From a bacterium (GTDB taxonomy: Bacteria; Patescibacteriota; Patescibacteriia; SG8-24): DNA of 64,000 bases. The stretch lies in assembly GCA_021824285.1 (NCBI GenBank), contig JAKAKZ010000001.1, positions 4,096 through 68,095 on the forward strand. Reading direction: 5' to 3'. The position numbers and the translations under genes are program-made. The stretch's first letter is position 1; each line of letters begins with the position of its first letter. Shown piece by piece: positions 39,509 to 51,400 of the stretch. The notes under the pieces were generated by a model that was not told the DNA's origin, made no database searches, and saw nothing but the letters and a program-made list of their open reading frames with translations.

Positions 39509-40147
39509 TCACTGATTGCTGACCTGTCCGGAAAGCCGGTTGACCGTCACCTCGCGCGTCAGATTGTCGGTCGGATTGGTGAGCCGCACCGTCGCCAAAG
39601 TGGGAGCCGCATCGCCGGCGGAAAAAGGCAGGCCGTTGAAGCGGACGGTCGGCTTCGGCGGCATGAAAGTGATGTCGAGATCGGAATTGACGGCCGGCGT
39701 CAGACCGCTGACCACGACGTTGCGGCCGGGAGAGACGGAATTGCTGCGCACCGATTCAGAGGGCTGATAGCGGTAATCGCCGTTCAGGTCGGCAAACATC
39801 ACGATACTGCGCGCCCCGGCGCTGGAGAAACTAAGGTGGATTCCCCAGGCGTCCGGCACGTCAGTGACGCAGGTCTCGCCCCCATGGCAATCCCCCTGCC
39901 CTCCAGGACAGAGGCCGGCGGCGGTGCCGGTACCGCTTTCCTGGCAGAAAGCGACCGTCGCGCCGGCAATGGCGCTGGTCTGCGCCCGCCGGATGGAGGA
40001 ATCAAGTATCTGACCGGCATACCGAAGCTCCTCGTTGCGCCGTCCGGCGCCGAAGTTCGACAGCGCCAGACCGGTGACCACGGCGAAGATGCTCATGGCT
40101 ACGAGCAGCTCAACCAGCGAATAGCCTTTAGCGGAGTCGGGAATCAT
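39509..40147 (-). CDS. type IV pilin-like protein (FimT/PilE-like minor pilin)
   Basis: prepilin signal KGYSLVELLVAMSIFAVV; start taken at Met giving a 4-nt overlap with pilD. Confidence 0.6.
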   Translation of the reverse strand: MIPDSAKGYSLVELLVAMSIFAVVTGLALSNFGAGRRNEELRYAGQILDSSIRRAQTSAIAGATVAFCQESGTGTAAGLCPGGQGDCHGGETCVTDVPDAWGIHLSFSSAGARSIVMFADLNGDYRYQPSESVRSNSVSPGRNVVVSGLTPAVNSDLDITFMPPKPTVRFNGLPFSAGDAAPTLATVRLTNPTDNLTREVTVNRLSGQVSNQ

Positions 40148-40935
40148 AGGGCCAGGCCGGTCAGGCCGGAATACCACGCCAGAACGCCATCACCCCAGAG
40201 CAGCGCGACCAGGGTCGCCAGCGACAGAAAGGTGCCGAAAGGGATTTCACTTCGCCAGCCCTTGTGACGCATGGCAATCAAGGTCGAACCGATGATGGCG
40301 CCGGAAACATAGGCTATAAACAGCGCCAACAGCAGTTTGGACGGGCCGAGCGCCGCTCCCATGAACCCGCCAAGGTAGATGTCGCCGCCGCCGATCCAGC
40401 GCCCCTTCGACAGGACGAACTGCAGAGCGAAAAAACCAGCGCCCAGAGCTACGGCCAGAAGCAGGCTCGTCCAGGGGATGCCGAGCGCCAGGTTGGCCGC
40501 GGCGGCCAGAAGACCGGCCGGCACGACCAGCTTCGGCAGGATCAGCATGTACTTGAGATCGTAGAGGAACACCACGGTCAGGAGCGACCCGACAAACCAG
40601 AAATAGACCAGCCGCGCCACTGTCATCTGGTCGATATACTGCGAGCCGTCCAAAACGGAAAGCGCCGACCAGACGTACACCAAACCGACGGCCAGCTCGA
40701 CCATCAGATACTGCGGGCTGATCTCCTTGCGGCAGTAGCGACAGCGGCCGCGGAGCATCAGCCAGCTCAAGGCCGGGACGAGATCGAGCGCCCCCAAGCG
40801 ATGCCCGCAGTTCGGACAGTGGGAGCGGCCAGAAAGGATGTTCTCGCCAACGCGCAGCCGATACACCGAGGCGTTCAGAAAACTGCCCATCGATGCGCCA
40901 AATGCGAAAATGAAGGCGGCCAAGACCGGACTCAT
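40144..40935 (-). CDS. pilD: prepilin peptidase PilD (A24 family, with N-terminal zinc-ribbon)
   Basis: 263 aa; CPNCGHRLG...CRYCRK tetracysteine, polytopic A24 peptidase. Confidence 0.85.
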   Translation of the reverse strand: MSPVLAAFIFAFGASMGSFLNASVYRLRVGENILSGRSHCPNCGHRLGALDLVPALSWLMLRGRCRYCRKEISPQYLMVELAVGLVYVWSALSVLDGSQYIDQMTVARLVYFWFVGSLLTVVFLYDLKYMLILPKLVVPAGLLAAAANLALGIPWTSLLLAVALGAGFFALQFVLSKGRWIGGGDIYLGGFMGAALGPSKLLLALFIAYVSGAIIGSTLIAMRHKGWRSEIPFGTFLSLATLVALLWGDGVLAWYSGLTGLAL

Positions 40936-41142
40936 ATGGGCTTATGATAGCACGACGCCAATCTGAACGCGATGCTTATTTGAGGTCATGCGCTCAAGAC
41001 CGGTTATCCTGCCGGATCTGGCAATTCGTTGCCTATGCGCAAGGCCGCATTCCGACCGGACATGGCAGTCGTCGCTCGCTGATTACTCGCATTACCAACG
41101 AAAAACGGCCCCGCCGAAGCGGAGCCGTTCTTCTGAATCGGC

Positions 41143-41622
<480 letters not shown>

Positions 41623-41662
41623 GGCCTGTGGCTACGAATTAGATATTTGGAGTTGTGACTTT

Positions 41663-41671
41663 ATTATAGCA
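41663..41671 (-). promoter_or_regulatory. extended -10 promoter element TGCTATAAT upstream of the major pilin gene
   Basis: minus-strand CGTGCTATAAT about 40 nt upstream of pilin ATG; same motif upstream of pilM (48396..48404) and a TGCTATCAT variant upstream of pilD. Confidence 0.5.
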
Positions 41672-41831
41672 CGAAATCGTCGTAGGTGCCACGCTGGCGG
41701 TCGGATTCGACCTTATCCTTCCCGAGTGGGTTACCCACAATGACAAAAAAAGGATAGCACAAATCTCGGCAAGTGAACTGTGCATATCTCTAATAAAAAA
41801 TAAGCTCCCCCGAGCTTATCCGCCGCGCAAA

Positions 41832-43037
41832 TCAGAACTGCTGCGCCATCTGGTACATCGGCAGCATGATGGCGGCGACCATGATGCCTACGGCACCGCC
41901 CATGGCCAACATGATGAGCGGCTCGATGGCTGAAACCAGGTTGTCCACCAGGTTCTCCAGGTCTCGGGTATAAAAATCGGTCAGGCGCTCCAGCACCTCC
42001 TGCATCCGGCCCGTCTCCTCGCCGACCGCCATCATCTGCGGGACCATGAGCGGCATGGTGCGGTCGCTCATGAAGACCGAGGTGATCGAATGGCCGTCCG
42101 AAACCTGTTTTTTCGTCTCCACGATATTCTTGCGGTAATGCGCGTTGCCGACGATGTCTGACGTCACGGTGAGGGCCTGCGGGATGTCCAGACCGCCGGA
42201 AAGCATAGTGCCGAAACTGCGGGTGAAGCGCACCAGATAGATGCGCTGCAGCAAGGGTCCGACCACGGGAATGAACAGCTTAACGAAATCCCATTTGCTG
42301 CGGCCGCTTTCAGTGGAGACCCACCAGCGGAAGGCGATGCCGGCCAGGACCGCGCCGATGGCGATGCCGACCACGTTGTTTTTCATGAACTCGCTGGTCG
42401 CGATCAGCAGGCGCGTCGTCCACGGCAGTTTCATGCCCGACTCGATCAGCGAGGCCGTGAGCTTCGGCACCACGAAGGTCATCATGATGAAGCCGATCAC
42501 GATCATGCCGGTGACGACGATGATCGGATAGGTCATGGCGCCCTTGATGCGCGAATTGAGGTCGTAGTCGCGCTCCATCTGGTCGGCCATGTAGTTCATG
42601 ACCTCCTCTAGGCGGCCGGTCGTTTCTCCGGACTTCACCATGTTGATGAAGAAGTCGGTAAAGGCGTTCCGGTGGCTCTCCATGGCCGTCGACAGCGCAA
42701 TGCCGTTCTCGACCTCGCTCGCCAGATCCAGCACGATGGCCCGCAGCTTCCGGTGCTGCGTCTGTTTGGCGACGGTCTTCAGCGCCTGCACGATCGGCAC
42801 TTTCGCGCCCATCAAAACGGAAAATTGGCGCGAAAAAATCACGATCTCCTTGATCGGAATCTTGTTCAGAAACGGCAGTTCCTTGCCCCCGAAAGCGTCC
42901 TTCTTGGCCTCCAGCTTCAGGACCGTGAAACCGCGGTCCCGCAGGGTATCCATCGCGCTCTCCCGGTCCGGAGATTCGACGACGCCCGATGAGGTCGCAC
43001 CCTGCCCGTCGGTCGCCCGATATGAGAATTTAGGCAT
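41832..43037 (-). CDS. pilC: type IV pilus inner-membrane platform protein PilC (GspF family)
   Basis: 401 aa; duplicated T2SF domains, 3 TM. Confidence 0.9.
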   Translation of the reverse strand: MPKFSYRATDGQGATSSGVVESPDRESAMDTLRDRGFTVLKLEAKKDAFGGKELPFLNKIPIKEIVIFSRQFSVLMGAKVPIVQALKTVAKQTQHRKLRAIVLDLASEVENGIALSTAMESHRNAFTDFFINMVKSGETTGRLEEVMNYMADQMERDYDLNSRIKGAMTYPIIVVTGMIVIGFIMMTFVVPKLTASLIESGMKLPWTTRLLIATSEFMKNNVVGIAIGAVLAGIAFRWWVSTESGRSKWDFVKLFIPVVGPLLQRIYLVRFTRSFGTMLSGGLDIPQALTVTSDIVGNAHYRKNIVETKKQVSDGHSITSVFMSDRTMPLMVPQMMAVGEETGRMQEVLERLTDFYTRDLENLVDNLVSAIEPLIMLAMGGAVGIMVAAIMLPMYQMAQQF

Positions 43038-43098
43038 GGTGGCTTGGCGCCGGGAAGACCTTGCCGGCGTTCCCGAAACGATAACCCGAAATCACCGC

Positions 43099-43485
43099 TC
43101 AGGTGATTTTCAGGACCTTCTTTATCTTGGCGACAGCCTCGGCCGGCACGAAATGCGCTTTGATGAGGTAATCGACTGCGCCATCCTCCAGGCCCTTCTC
43201 GATATCCTCCTTCTGGCCCAGGTTGGTAAGCATGATGCCCGGAATGTCCTTGGTGCCGGGATCGGCCTTGAGCCGCTTACGGGCCTCAAAACCATCGAGC
43301 TTCGGCATGAGCACGTCCAACAGGATCAGGTCGGGTTTCTCTTTCTGCGCCACCTTAATGCCTTCCTCGCCATCGTGCGCGGAGACGACCTGAAAACCCT
43401 CCAGATCCAACTTGGTAGCGTAGATCCCCGACAGGAACGTGTCGTCATCGACAATGAGAATCTTCGGCATCGGCTTGTCTGGCAT
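43099..43485 (-). CDS. CheY-like response regulator receiver (stand-alone; PilH-like)
   Basis: 128 aa; KILIVDDD...DLILLDVLMPKLDGFE...; no output domain. Confidence 0.8.
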   Translation of the reverse strand: MPDKPMPKILIVDDDTFLSGIYATKLDLEGFQVVSAHDGEEGIKVAQKEKPDLILLDVLMPKLDGFEARKRLKADPGTKDIPGIMLTNLGQKEDIEKGLEDGAVDYLIKAHFVPAEAVAKIKKVLKIT

Positions 43486-43507
43486 ATATTATGTGGTTCG
43501 GTCGGCG

Positions 43508-45250
43508 TCACTCCGACGTTATGCGCATTACGTCTTCTATTGTAGTCCAACCCTCAAGAGCCTTCAAGAGCGCGTCCTGACGAAGGTTGATGAAATCCTT
43601 GCGTTTAAGCACTTCCTGCACCTGATCGACCGGGAATCCCTTGGCGATAAGCAGCTTAAGCTCCTCGTCGAACTGGAAGATCTCGCCGACCGCCACGCGG
43701 CCGACATAGCCGCCGTTGTTGCAGCGGGTGCAGCCGCGCCCCTTATAGAAGGTCCAAGGGGTCTTTTCGAGGTCCAGATGCTTGCGGTATTTGAGCGGGA
43801 TGGCCAGTACCTCCTGCCGCACGCGGGCTTCGACCTCCGGCGGCAGCTGGATCGAGGTCTTGCAGCGTTCGCAGATCTTGCGGGCGAGGCGCTGGGCGAT
43901 GGCCATGTTGAAGGTGGCGGACAGCAGGAAGGGCTCGATGTGCATGTCCATGAGGCGCGGAACCACGCCCATGGCGTCGTTGGTGTGGATGGTGGAGAAG
44001 ATCAGGTGGCCGGTCAGCGCCGCGTGCACGGCCAGTTCGCCGGTCTCCGAGTCGCGGATTTCGCCGACCATGATGATGTTGGGGTCCTGGCGCAGCAGGG
44101 CGCGGAGGCCGGAGGCGAAGGTAAAGCCGACTTCCGGACGGACCTGCGACTGGTTGACGCCCTGAATGGTGTACTCGACCGGATCCTCCAGCGTGGAAAT
44201 GTTGACGCGCTCCTCGTTGCGCATGTTCATGATGGTGAAGAGCGTCGTCGATTTGCCGGAGCCGGTCGGACCGGTAATCAGGAAGATGCCGTGCGGCTTG
44301 CGGATCTCCTCGACGATGGCCTCGACGTACTGGGTACGGAAACCGAGCTGTTCGAGCGTGGGCACGCCTCTCGTGGTGTCCAGCACGCGCATCACGACCT
44401 TCTCCTGATCCTGCAGCGGTAAAGTCGACACGCGGAAATCGATGCGCTTGCCGTTGAAGGTCTCCGTGATGCGGCCGTCCTGCGGCACGCGCGTCTCGTC
44501 CAGCTTGAGGTTGGCCAGCACCTTCACGCGGGCGACCAACGAGGCGTGGATGTACTTCGGCAGGGTCAGGGAGGTGCGCAAGACGCCGTCCACGCGGTAG
44601 CGGACGCGGCTGTCATTGGCCAGCGGCTCGATGTGAATATCGGACGCGCCGCCGTCGTAGGCGTGGCGCAGGATGACGCTGACGATGCGGGAGACTGGCG
44701 CCCCCTTGATCACCTCCTCGATCTTCTCCTCTTTCTGGGCCTCTTTCGGCTTCTCAACGAACTTTTCCTTGGCGACTTCGAGGGCCTTGGCGACTTCCTT
44801 GCCGAGCGCCTCGTATTTCTTCATCGCGAAAGCGTAAGAGGCCGGCGAAACGATGTGATACTTGAGCCGCAACCCGGCCGTCTGCGCATAGAAGTCCAGC
44901 GCCTGGCGCTGCTGGCCGTCAAGCGGATCGACCATGCCGACCAGCACCCCCTCGTCGTCCTTGTCGAAGGCGACCGCCTTGGTCGTCTCGGCGACCTGCT
45001 TCGGAATCAGGTTCACGTTGGCGGATACGATATTTTTGCCCTGCAGGTCCGCGTATGGAAGCCCCATGACCGTGCCGCGTGCCTTGGCCAGCCCCTCTTC
45101 ATCAAGGAATTTCTTTTCAATTAAAAGCGCAGCTAGGCTCTTGCCCGTGGCCTGCTCGTCGGCGCGCAAACCGTTCGCCTGCTCGTCGGTCAGGGTGCCG
45201 GATTCTATAAGGATAGCCAAGAGCTCGGTTTCCTGGGCGCGGGAGGCCAT
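43508..45250 (-). CDS. pilB: type IV pilus assembly ATPase PilB (GspE family)
   Basis: 580 aa; N-terminal GSPII_E_N, Walker A GPTGSGKSTTL, His box, tetracysteine CERC...CTRC. Confidence 0.9.
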   Translation of the reverse strand: MASRAQETELLAILIESGTLTDEQANGLRADEQATGKSLAALLIEKKFLDEEGLAKARGTVMGLPYADLQGKNIVSANVNLIPKQVAETTKAVAFDKDDEGVLVGMVDPLDGQQRQALDFYAQTAGLRLKYHIVSPASYAFAMKKYEALGKEVAKALEVAKEKFVEKPKEAQKEEKIEEVIKGAPVSRIVSVILRHAYDGGASDIHIEPLANDSRVRYRVDGVLRTSLTLPKYIHASLVARVKVLANLKLDETRVPQDGRITETFNGKRIDFRVSTLPLQDQEKVVMRVLDTTRGVPTLEQLGFRTQYVEAIVEEIRKPHGIFLITGPTGSGKSTTLFTIMNMRNEERVNISTLEDPVEYTIQGVNQSQVRPEVGFTFASGLRALLRQDPNIIMVGEIRDSETGELAVHAALTGHLIFSTIHTNDAMGVVPRLMDMHIEPFLLSATFNMAIAQRLARKICERCKTSIQLPPEVEARVRQEVLAIPLKYRKHLDLEKTPWTFYKGRGCTRCNNGGYVGRVAVGEIFQFDEELKLLIAKGFPVDQVQEVLKRKDFINLRQDALLKALEGWTTIEDVMRITSE

Positions 45251-45256
45251 AACTGT

Positions 45257-45547
45257 TCAGGGCTGGAGGGCTCCGAAGATGTCGTCGACACCGGTCGGGC
45301 CAGGTTCAATCGGCGCCGCCGTGTCCGAGGAGGCCGGAAAATCAGGCCGACGGATAACGGCGTCATCGATGTTCTGCGGAATAGTGGGGCGGGTCGGCGC
45401 CGCATACTGAGCTGACATGTCGACGGGCGGCGGCAGCAGGCTCTTCCAATTCAAGGCGAGCAGGATGACGACGATAACGAAAAACACCGCGGCCAACGCC
45501 ATCGCCTGCTGCTGTTTGGTCAGCTGGATATCCATAACGGAATTCAC
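45257..45547 (-). CDS. small membrane protein (hypothetical) in pil operon
   Basis: 96 aa, single TM; overlaps pilO start by 4 nt. Confidence 0.4.
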   Translation of the reverse strand: MNSVMDIQLTKQQQAMALAAVFFVIVVILLALNWKSLLPPPVDMSAQYAAPTRPTIPQNIDDAVIRRPDFPASSDTAAPIEPGPTGVDDIFGALQP

Positions 45548-46179
45548 TTTTGCTTAGCGGCATCGTACCGCGTGACCTTGAGGCCGATCTTCTCCAGGGC
45601 GTTCGGATCAAGATAGTAGGTGTAGATGTCGAGCGAATAGTCCGTGGTGTCGGTACCGACCGACACGGAACGGATGTCATAGACGCGCCGGAAGGTCTCC
45701 AACAGGCCGAGGAACCGTTTCAGCTTACGGTAATCGCCGCCGGATATGCCTACCGTGACCTTGATCACGCTCCGACCGGAAACGCTGTCGGCTGGCACGT
45801 CCAGGCTGGTCGAAACGCCCTTCAGCACAAAGCCGGAGCGTTTGGCCAAATCCTCGAAATCCGCGAATACGCCGACCGGATCGCCGGTTTCCGGCACTAA
45901 GGCTTTCATTTTGCCCAAGCTGTCGCTAGGCAATTCAGCCAGTTTCTTCGCAGCCTTATCAAGCTTGTCGCGGTAGGTCTGCGATTCGGCGAGGCGGGCC
46001 TGGGCCGGCGCCAAATCAAGACGTCCGCCAGCAAGGATATCCCCGAGCGACGGCCTGATCAGCAGGAAATAGCCGGCCAAAAGGACTGCGAGTCCCACCA
46101 CCGGAACGGTATACGGCAGGAACCGCGCGGCCTTGATCAGCATTTCCTTGTTGATGGTCAGGGAAGCCATAGGGGTCAT
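45544..46179 (-). CDS. pilO: type IV pilus assembly protein PilO (putative)
   Basis: 211 aa; single TM then coiled-coil and periplasmic domain; position after PilN-like. Confidence 0.55.
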   Translation of the reverse strand: MTPMASLTINKEMLIKAARFLPYTVPVVGLAVLLAGYFLLIRPSLGDILAGGRLDLAPAQARLAESQTYRDKLDKAAKKLAELPSDSLGKMKALVPETGDPVGVFADFEDLAKRSGFVLKGVSTSLDVPADSVSGRSVIKVTVGISGGDYRKLKRFLGLLETFRRVYDIRSVSVGTDTTDYSLDIYTYYLDPNALEKIGLKVTRYDAAKQK

Positions 46180-47249
46180 TTTTTGGCTTCTTTGAGCTGC
46201 CGGAGAATGACCGGGAGCTGTCCGCTGCAGGAGGCGAAATCCTCGGCCAGCGCGTCCGCGAAGGCCTCATGGAACGGTTTGGACATGTCCAAACGGCAAT
46301 CCGCGTTCTTCAGAGCGATATCCTTGTTGTCGTTCACGACGTAGCGGAACCTGATTTCGCAGAATCCTTTGACCTCGCCCAGCACCTCGTAGTGGGTTTT
46401 GGCCGTACCCTCTTCGCCATCAGCCGTTGTCGGCGAACAGGTCTTGAACTTGTTGTCGAGGCACTGCATCATCTCGGACCAGGTCTTATCCGTGCCGCAG
46501 TCCACGACCTGCTCCGGCGCAGCCGGCATGTCGCCCTGCCGGAAACGGGCGGCCGCAGCGGCATAGCGCAACGGAATATTGAACTTGACCGAACTGACGT
46601 TCCCGTAATCGTCCCCCACGGCATCCGCCGCGCTGATGCCGACGGCAACGATGTCCGAGGTGGCCCGGAAGGCCATGATCTGCCTGACGATATCGCGGTA
46701 TTTGAGCGCCGTAGCGCTCAAAGCGATGGTCCCCTTCTCCAAATCGATAGCCGCAGAACCGTAGCGCACAGCCGGGATGGTGTTCCGCTCGATGAGCCGG
46801 AACACGCGCGTCGCATAGACGTGCTGATCCAGGGTCTTGGCCACGACCGAAGAGCGGATCGAATAGAGGGCCAAGTCGTTGACGGAACTGCTCATGTCGG
46901 AAATCTGCTTGTCGGTCGCTTGGATTTGCGACCTGATGGACTCAAGCGTGGCCATGCGCCTAGCGGCGACGCTCCGCAACAGGGCATAACCGACGCCGAA
47001 CAGCACCAGTTCGACCGCAACCACGAGACCGATTATGGCCAGCCAGCGCCGCGGGTCGGTCTTGGCCTGCTCCGCGATTTCCGAAGGAATCAGCGAGACG
47101 CGCAAAGCGCCGGCTCCGGTTGAGGGGGCCTTGGGCGGGGCGAGCGGCGGTTTCGGCGGCGCCGGCGGCGGCTTTGGCGCCGGCGGCTTTGGCGGGGCGC
47201 CCGAGCCAGATTGTGGCGGTATAAGCGGAGCGTCTGCCATAGTTGTCAT
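46176..47249 (-). CDS. pilN: PilN-like pilus assembly protein with Pro-rich N-terminus
   Basis: 357 aa; PKPPAPKPP repeats, single TM, coiled-coil; position between pilM and pilO. Confidence 0.5.
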   Translation of the reverse strand: MTTMADAPLIPPQSGSGAPPKPPAPKPPPAPPKPPLAPPKAPSTGAGALRVSLIPSEIAEQAKTDPRRWLAIIGLVVAVELVLFGVGYALLRSVAARRMATLESIRSQIQATDKQISDMSSSVNDLALYSIRSSVVAKTLDQHVYATRVFRLIERNTIPAVRYGSAAIDLEKGTIALSATALKYRDIVRQIMAFRATSDIVAVGISAADAVGDDYGNVSSVKFNIPLRYAAAAARFRQGDMPAAPEQVVDCGTDKTWSEMMQCLDNKFKTCSPTTADGEEGTAKTHYEVLGEVKGFCEIRFRYVVNDNKDIALKNADCRLDMSKPFHEAFADALAEDFASCSGQLPVILRQLKEAKK

Positions 47250-48355
47250 TCGATGTCGCGCATGGCGAGGCCGACCGACACCGCGAAACGCGGTCCGACC
47301 TCGTCGAGCACCGGACGAAGCTCATCAGGATAGACGACCCGGGCCCACGGATCGCCGACGTAAGAGCGGATACTGAGCTGTTTGGTGAAGTAGCCGGCGA
47401 GCGAAGGCAAAAGGGCGGAACCGCCGGTGATGATGATCTTCTCCACCTGCTTCCCGTTCTGGTCATCGCCCTGACCGGTGTAGAGATCCATTGAATATTT
47501 CAGCTCCGTGACCATCGGCAGCATGGTCGTCTCGAAGACCTTCGGCAGGCCCTCCGCCGGATAGATGGAGGACACGCCCTTGATGTCGCACTTCAGCGAC
47601 TCGGCCGACTTGATATCCATATTCAGGGCCCGGCTCATGGCCCGCGTGAGCGAGGCGCCGCCCATATCGAGGCTGCGCGTCACGTACGGAACGCCGTTCT
47701 CCACGATGATGATGTTGGTGCGGAGCGCGCCGATGTCCACGATCATGCTGATGGAGCGGTCCTTGCCGATAAGAGAGCGGACCAGCGCGAAAGTCTCCGT
47801 CTCCAGGCTTTCGAGAGTCAGGCCGGCCAGCTGAAAAACCTTCAGGTACTTGCTCACCATGGCGCGGGAGGCGCCCGTGATGAGCATCTGGACGTTCTTG
47901 CTCTCCTCCTTCTTCGCGTCTTCCTTGGCAGGCCCCTTGGCCGCGCCCTTTTCGCCCGGTGCCGGAATGGGCTTGTAATCCATGATCATGTCCTCGAGCG
48001 GCACGGGGATGAGCTTGCGCGCCTGGACCTGCGCCGCCTCCAGCATCTCCTTTTCCGGTCCCTTGGGGACGGTGATGACCGAATTGAAGACTGACGCGAT
48101 CGGCAGGCCGGCCACGGTTCGGGCAGTCGAAGTCCGGGCTTTAGCTGTAATTTTTTTCAACAAAGCCGCCGTCTCTTCCGGCGCATCGGTGAGATTCGCC
48201 GGCTGGGAATCCGGTAGGCGTTCCGTGAAGCCGTAAGTGGCGAGCCTGGCCCGCCCTTTCTCATTCTGCAGTTCGACTACCTTAATGCCGCCGGCGCCCA
48301 AGTCGACTCCGAGGTAGCTCTGCTTTTTCGGTCCGAAAAATAAGCCCATAATCAT
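47246..48355 (-). CDS. pilM: type IV pilus assembly protein PilM (actin-like ATPase)
   Basis: about 369 aa from MIMGLFF (longer supplied ORF would overlap the -10 promoter element); actin/FtsA fold motifs LGVDLGAGGIKVV, DIGALRTNI. Confidence 0.8.
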   Translation of the reverse strand: MIMGLFFGPKKQSYLGVDLGAGGIKVVELQNEKGRARLATYGFTERLPDSQPANLTDAPEETAALLKKITAKARTSTARTVAGLPIASVFNSVITVPKGPEKEMLEAAQVQARKLIPVPLEDMIMDYKPIPAPGEKGAAKGPAKEDAKKEESKNVQMLITGASRAMVSKYLKVFQLAGLTLESLETETFALVRSLIGKDRSISMIVDIGALRTNIIIVENGVPYVTRSLDMGGASLTRAMSRALNMDIKSAESLKCDIKGVSSIYPAEGLPKVFETTMLPMVTELKYSMDLYTGQGDDQNGKQVEKIIITGGSALLPSLAGYFTKQLSIRSYVGDPWARVVYPDELRPVLDEVGPRFAVSVGLAMRDIE

Positions 48356-48437
48356 TTTGGCCGCAAACAATCCACAGGGCTGATTGGCCGATTGCATTAT
48401 AGCACGCTAGAGCTCCCGCGGCCTTATCTGAAGCCCG

Positions 48438-51400
48438 TCACTGCGAGATGCCGCCGAAGCGCGGCAGGGCCTTTGAGAAATCGCCGATGCCCGGCGGCGG
48501 ATTAGCCACGGCCCGACCGTCGTAAACGACCCGTTCCGCGCCCTGCTCCAGGCTCTGAAAGAGGCGGTCAAAATGGAAGACCTTGGCCACCATGACGCCG
48601 AGAACCGTAAGCGGCCGGTAGATATCCTGGTTCGACGGATAGACGCTCGTGATTCCAGATTTGCCGTCAGCGAAGAAAGTGCCCACGGCCCAAGTGACGC
48701 GCCGGTCGATATAGATATTGCCGCCCTTGAGCGGATCGAGCGGCTCTGCCAGGACGATCCAGGCCACGGAAGCCAACGAGGCGATATTGCTTTGGCTGGA
48801 CGGCGTGTTCTGATAATCGATATCCGTGGCGATGATGAGGTTGCCACCCTCGACCAGGATGGTGCCGGCGCCCGAAGCGGTATCGTTGCCGTTCAGAATC
48901 GTGAGCGCGGTCGCGGCACTGACCGTCAGGTCGTCCGGCGCACCGCCGACCGGGACGTACCGATAGACCTTGCCGCCGAGCGGGCCGTTGGCGATCGCCG
49001 TGTCGAGCTCCGCCGAGCTGCCGAAGGTCACGACCTCACCGTAGCGTCCGTTCTTCAGGCCGTTAAGATCGAGCTTGCCCAGAACGGTCTGGAAGCCCTG
49101 GGTGCGGACTGGGGTCGCGTAGCGGTATTTGGGGTCGGTCCGATTGCCCTGGGCGCAGAGCTCGCCGCGGAAATTGCTGATCGAACCTTTGGCCGAGATG
49201 CAGTACGTGGCGTTGTACCGGCCGCGCGGCGGATACTTGCGCGCGCCGATGCGCTGGGCCGAATAGAGGTTACCGAGATCGCTCTGCAGCCAGGGCGGGA
49301 TCAGGCGGTCGCAGTAATTGACGCTGGTGCAGGAGTCGCCGGCCGGGCAATCGGCGTTGCTGGAGCAGCTGATGGAGCTGTTGATCCAGCAGGAACCAAG
49401 ACAAGGGGCATTCTCGCCGCAGTCGGCGTTGGTGCGGCAGCTTGCGGTCCGATCCAGATCGCAGCGGCCGATGCCCTTCTCGCGGCTGCAGGTGGTCGTG
49501 TCCGGCAGGCCCTGATCGATGCAGTCCTGGGCGTTCCGGCAGCCGACCGGGCCGCCGCTTTTCAGGACAGAGCAGAAGCCGCACTCGAAATCGCTCAAAC
49601 AGATCTGGCCGCCGACCGCGCACATGCCCCAGCTGTAGCTGCAGTACTGCGGGTCCGACTTCGCGGGATAGCTGTCCGGCACGCCCAAATCCGCCGGTGC
49701 GGTCTGGTGCGGCTCCAGACGGATGGCGGGACAGCAGTCGTTACAGCGGATCTTCTTGGACATGTAGTCCGGCGAGCCCGGATCGAGCACGGCCAGCGGG
49801 AAATCCTGGAGGCACTGCTGCTTGTCGTTGAGATCGCTGTTGGACGGCCGCGTGCAGCACAGCGGATCAGTCGTCGGATCGCAGAGCTGGCTGTCTCCGA
49901 GACCGGTCAGCACCTTGCGGGAGTCGTCGTTCTGGCACGGCGTGTTGCGGTCAAGTTCGCAGCGCCCGAGATTCACGTCGGCGTCGCAGGCGTTACCGAT
50001 GCCGTTAGCGTCGAAATCGGACTGGTCCGGATTGTAGATGCCGGAACAGTTGTCGCAGACCTGCGGCGACGCGTCCCTGGTGAACATCTTGGTGTAGAGC
50101 GCTTCCGGCGCGCCGTCGCCGTCGAAATCGGCCTTGCTGCAGACAGTCTCCGGTTCGCCGAAGGCCGGCAAGTGGTTACAGACGTAGAAAACCTGGCGGT
50201 TCGATTCGCCGCTGTTGCCCGCGCCGTCGATGACGGACAGGGTCATGAAATACTCGCCGTCGGCCAGGTCCGGGATGGTCAGGTTCCCGTCGCAGATGGC
50301 GTGATTGCCGATGCCGACCAGCGGGAAGCTGTCGCCGCTCGCCCAAGTCAGAGGATTGCCGGCGGGGTCCAGAAGCGCCGTTCCGCCGTTATTGTCGTAG
50401 ATCTTGCCCTGGCAGGCGCCGTTGCCGAAAGCGGTGCCGGAGATGAACGTAGCCGTGGCTTTCGCCCGCATGCGCAGCCGGCGGAAGAACGGCGTCAGGG
50501 GTTGCTGCGGCACGAACTGCGTCCCACCCGAGCCGGTGTTGACTTGGATGACGAAGGCGGCGGGCACCAGGCGGAACTGGTCGCTTGTGGCCGGCGAAAT
50601 GGCCGGGGTGACCTCCACGTCCAACGAGGCGTTCTGCAGATCGCTGGTGTTACCGGCAGCGTCCTCGATATAAGAGCGCACGTCGTAGGAACCGCTCAAC
50701 TGAAAAACGAACGGTTGCGAGACGCAATTCGGGCCGGCAAACACCGTCGGATCGCTGTTGATGTCCGTAGCGCAGCGGCAGATGAGCGTCGGCGGTTTCG
50801 GATTGTCGTCCGGAATGACCCGCAGGCGGCGCGACGTGCCATAGGGGACGCGGAAAACCGGTCCGACCATGCCCTCCGGCTGGACGGCCAGTGCCGTCGG
50901 CTTCTGGGCCTCGTACAGAGTTGAAAAGAAGTGCAACGGATCCGTAGTCTCGACCTGGCCGTCCTCGCGCGTGCCGTCCGCGTGAGAGGCTACGACGCTG
51001 ATCGGATAAGGATAGGTCGTGGCGAAGGCGGCCGAGGACGGCGTCGGGCACTGCAGGCGCAGATCGAAAGGGCCGACCGGGCTGCCGGTGCTGAAGACCT
51101 GCACGGCCTTGCCGCGCTCGGCCGCGAAAGAGAACTGTCCGGCGCCGGAACCGACCAGGACGCAGGTGGCGTCGGCGTACGGATAGTACCGGTCCGTCGT
51201 CGTGGCATCGCCGATGACGAAAGTCACGGCGGCATATGAAGACGTACCGACCAGCTCCACCAGGTCATTGTAGCTGCTGCCGCCCGCGACGCTCTCATGG
51301 ACCGTGCCGTAGACGCGGGCCGAAAGGGTGGACGAAAAGCCGCCTGGCGCGGTCAGCGGATAGCCGGCCGGGTCAGTCGGCAAAAAAGCCGGCACCTCGA

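Noticed and set aside
48573-50924. 783-aa plus-strand ORF opposite the giant secreted protein gene
   Set aside because: Arg/Ala/Gly-rich antisense frame; the minus-strand protein has signal peptide and repeated Cys modules.
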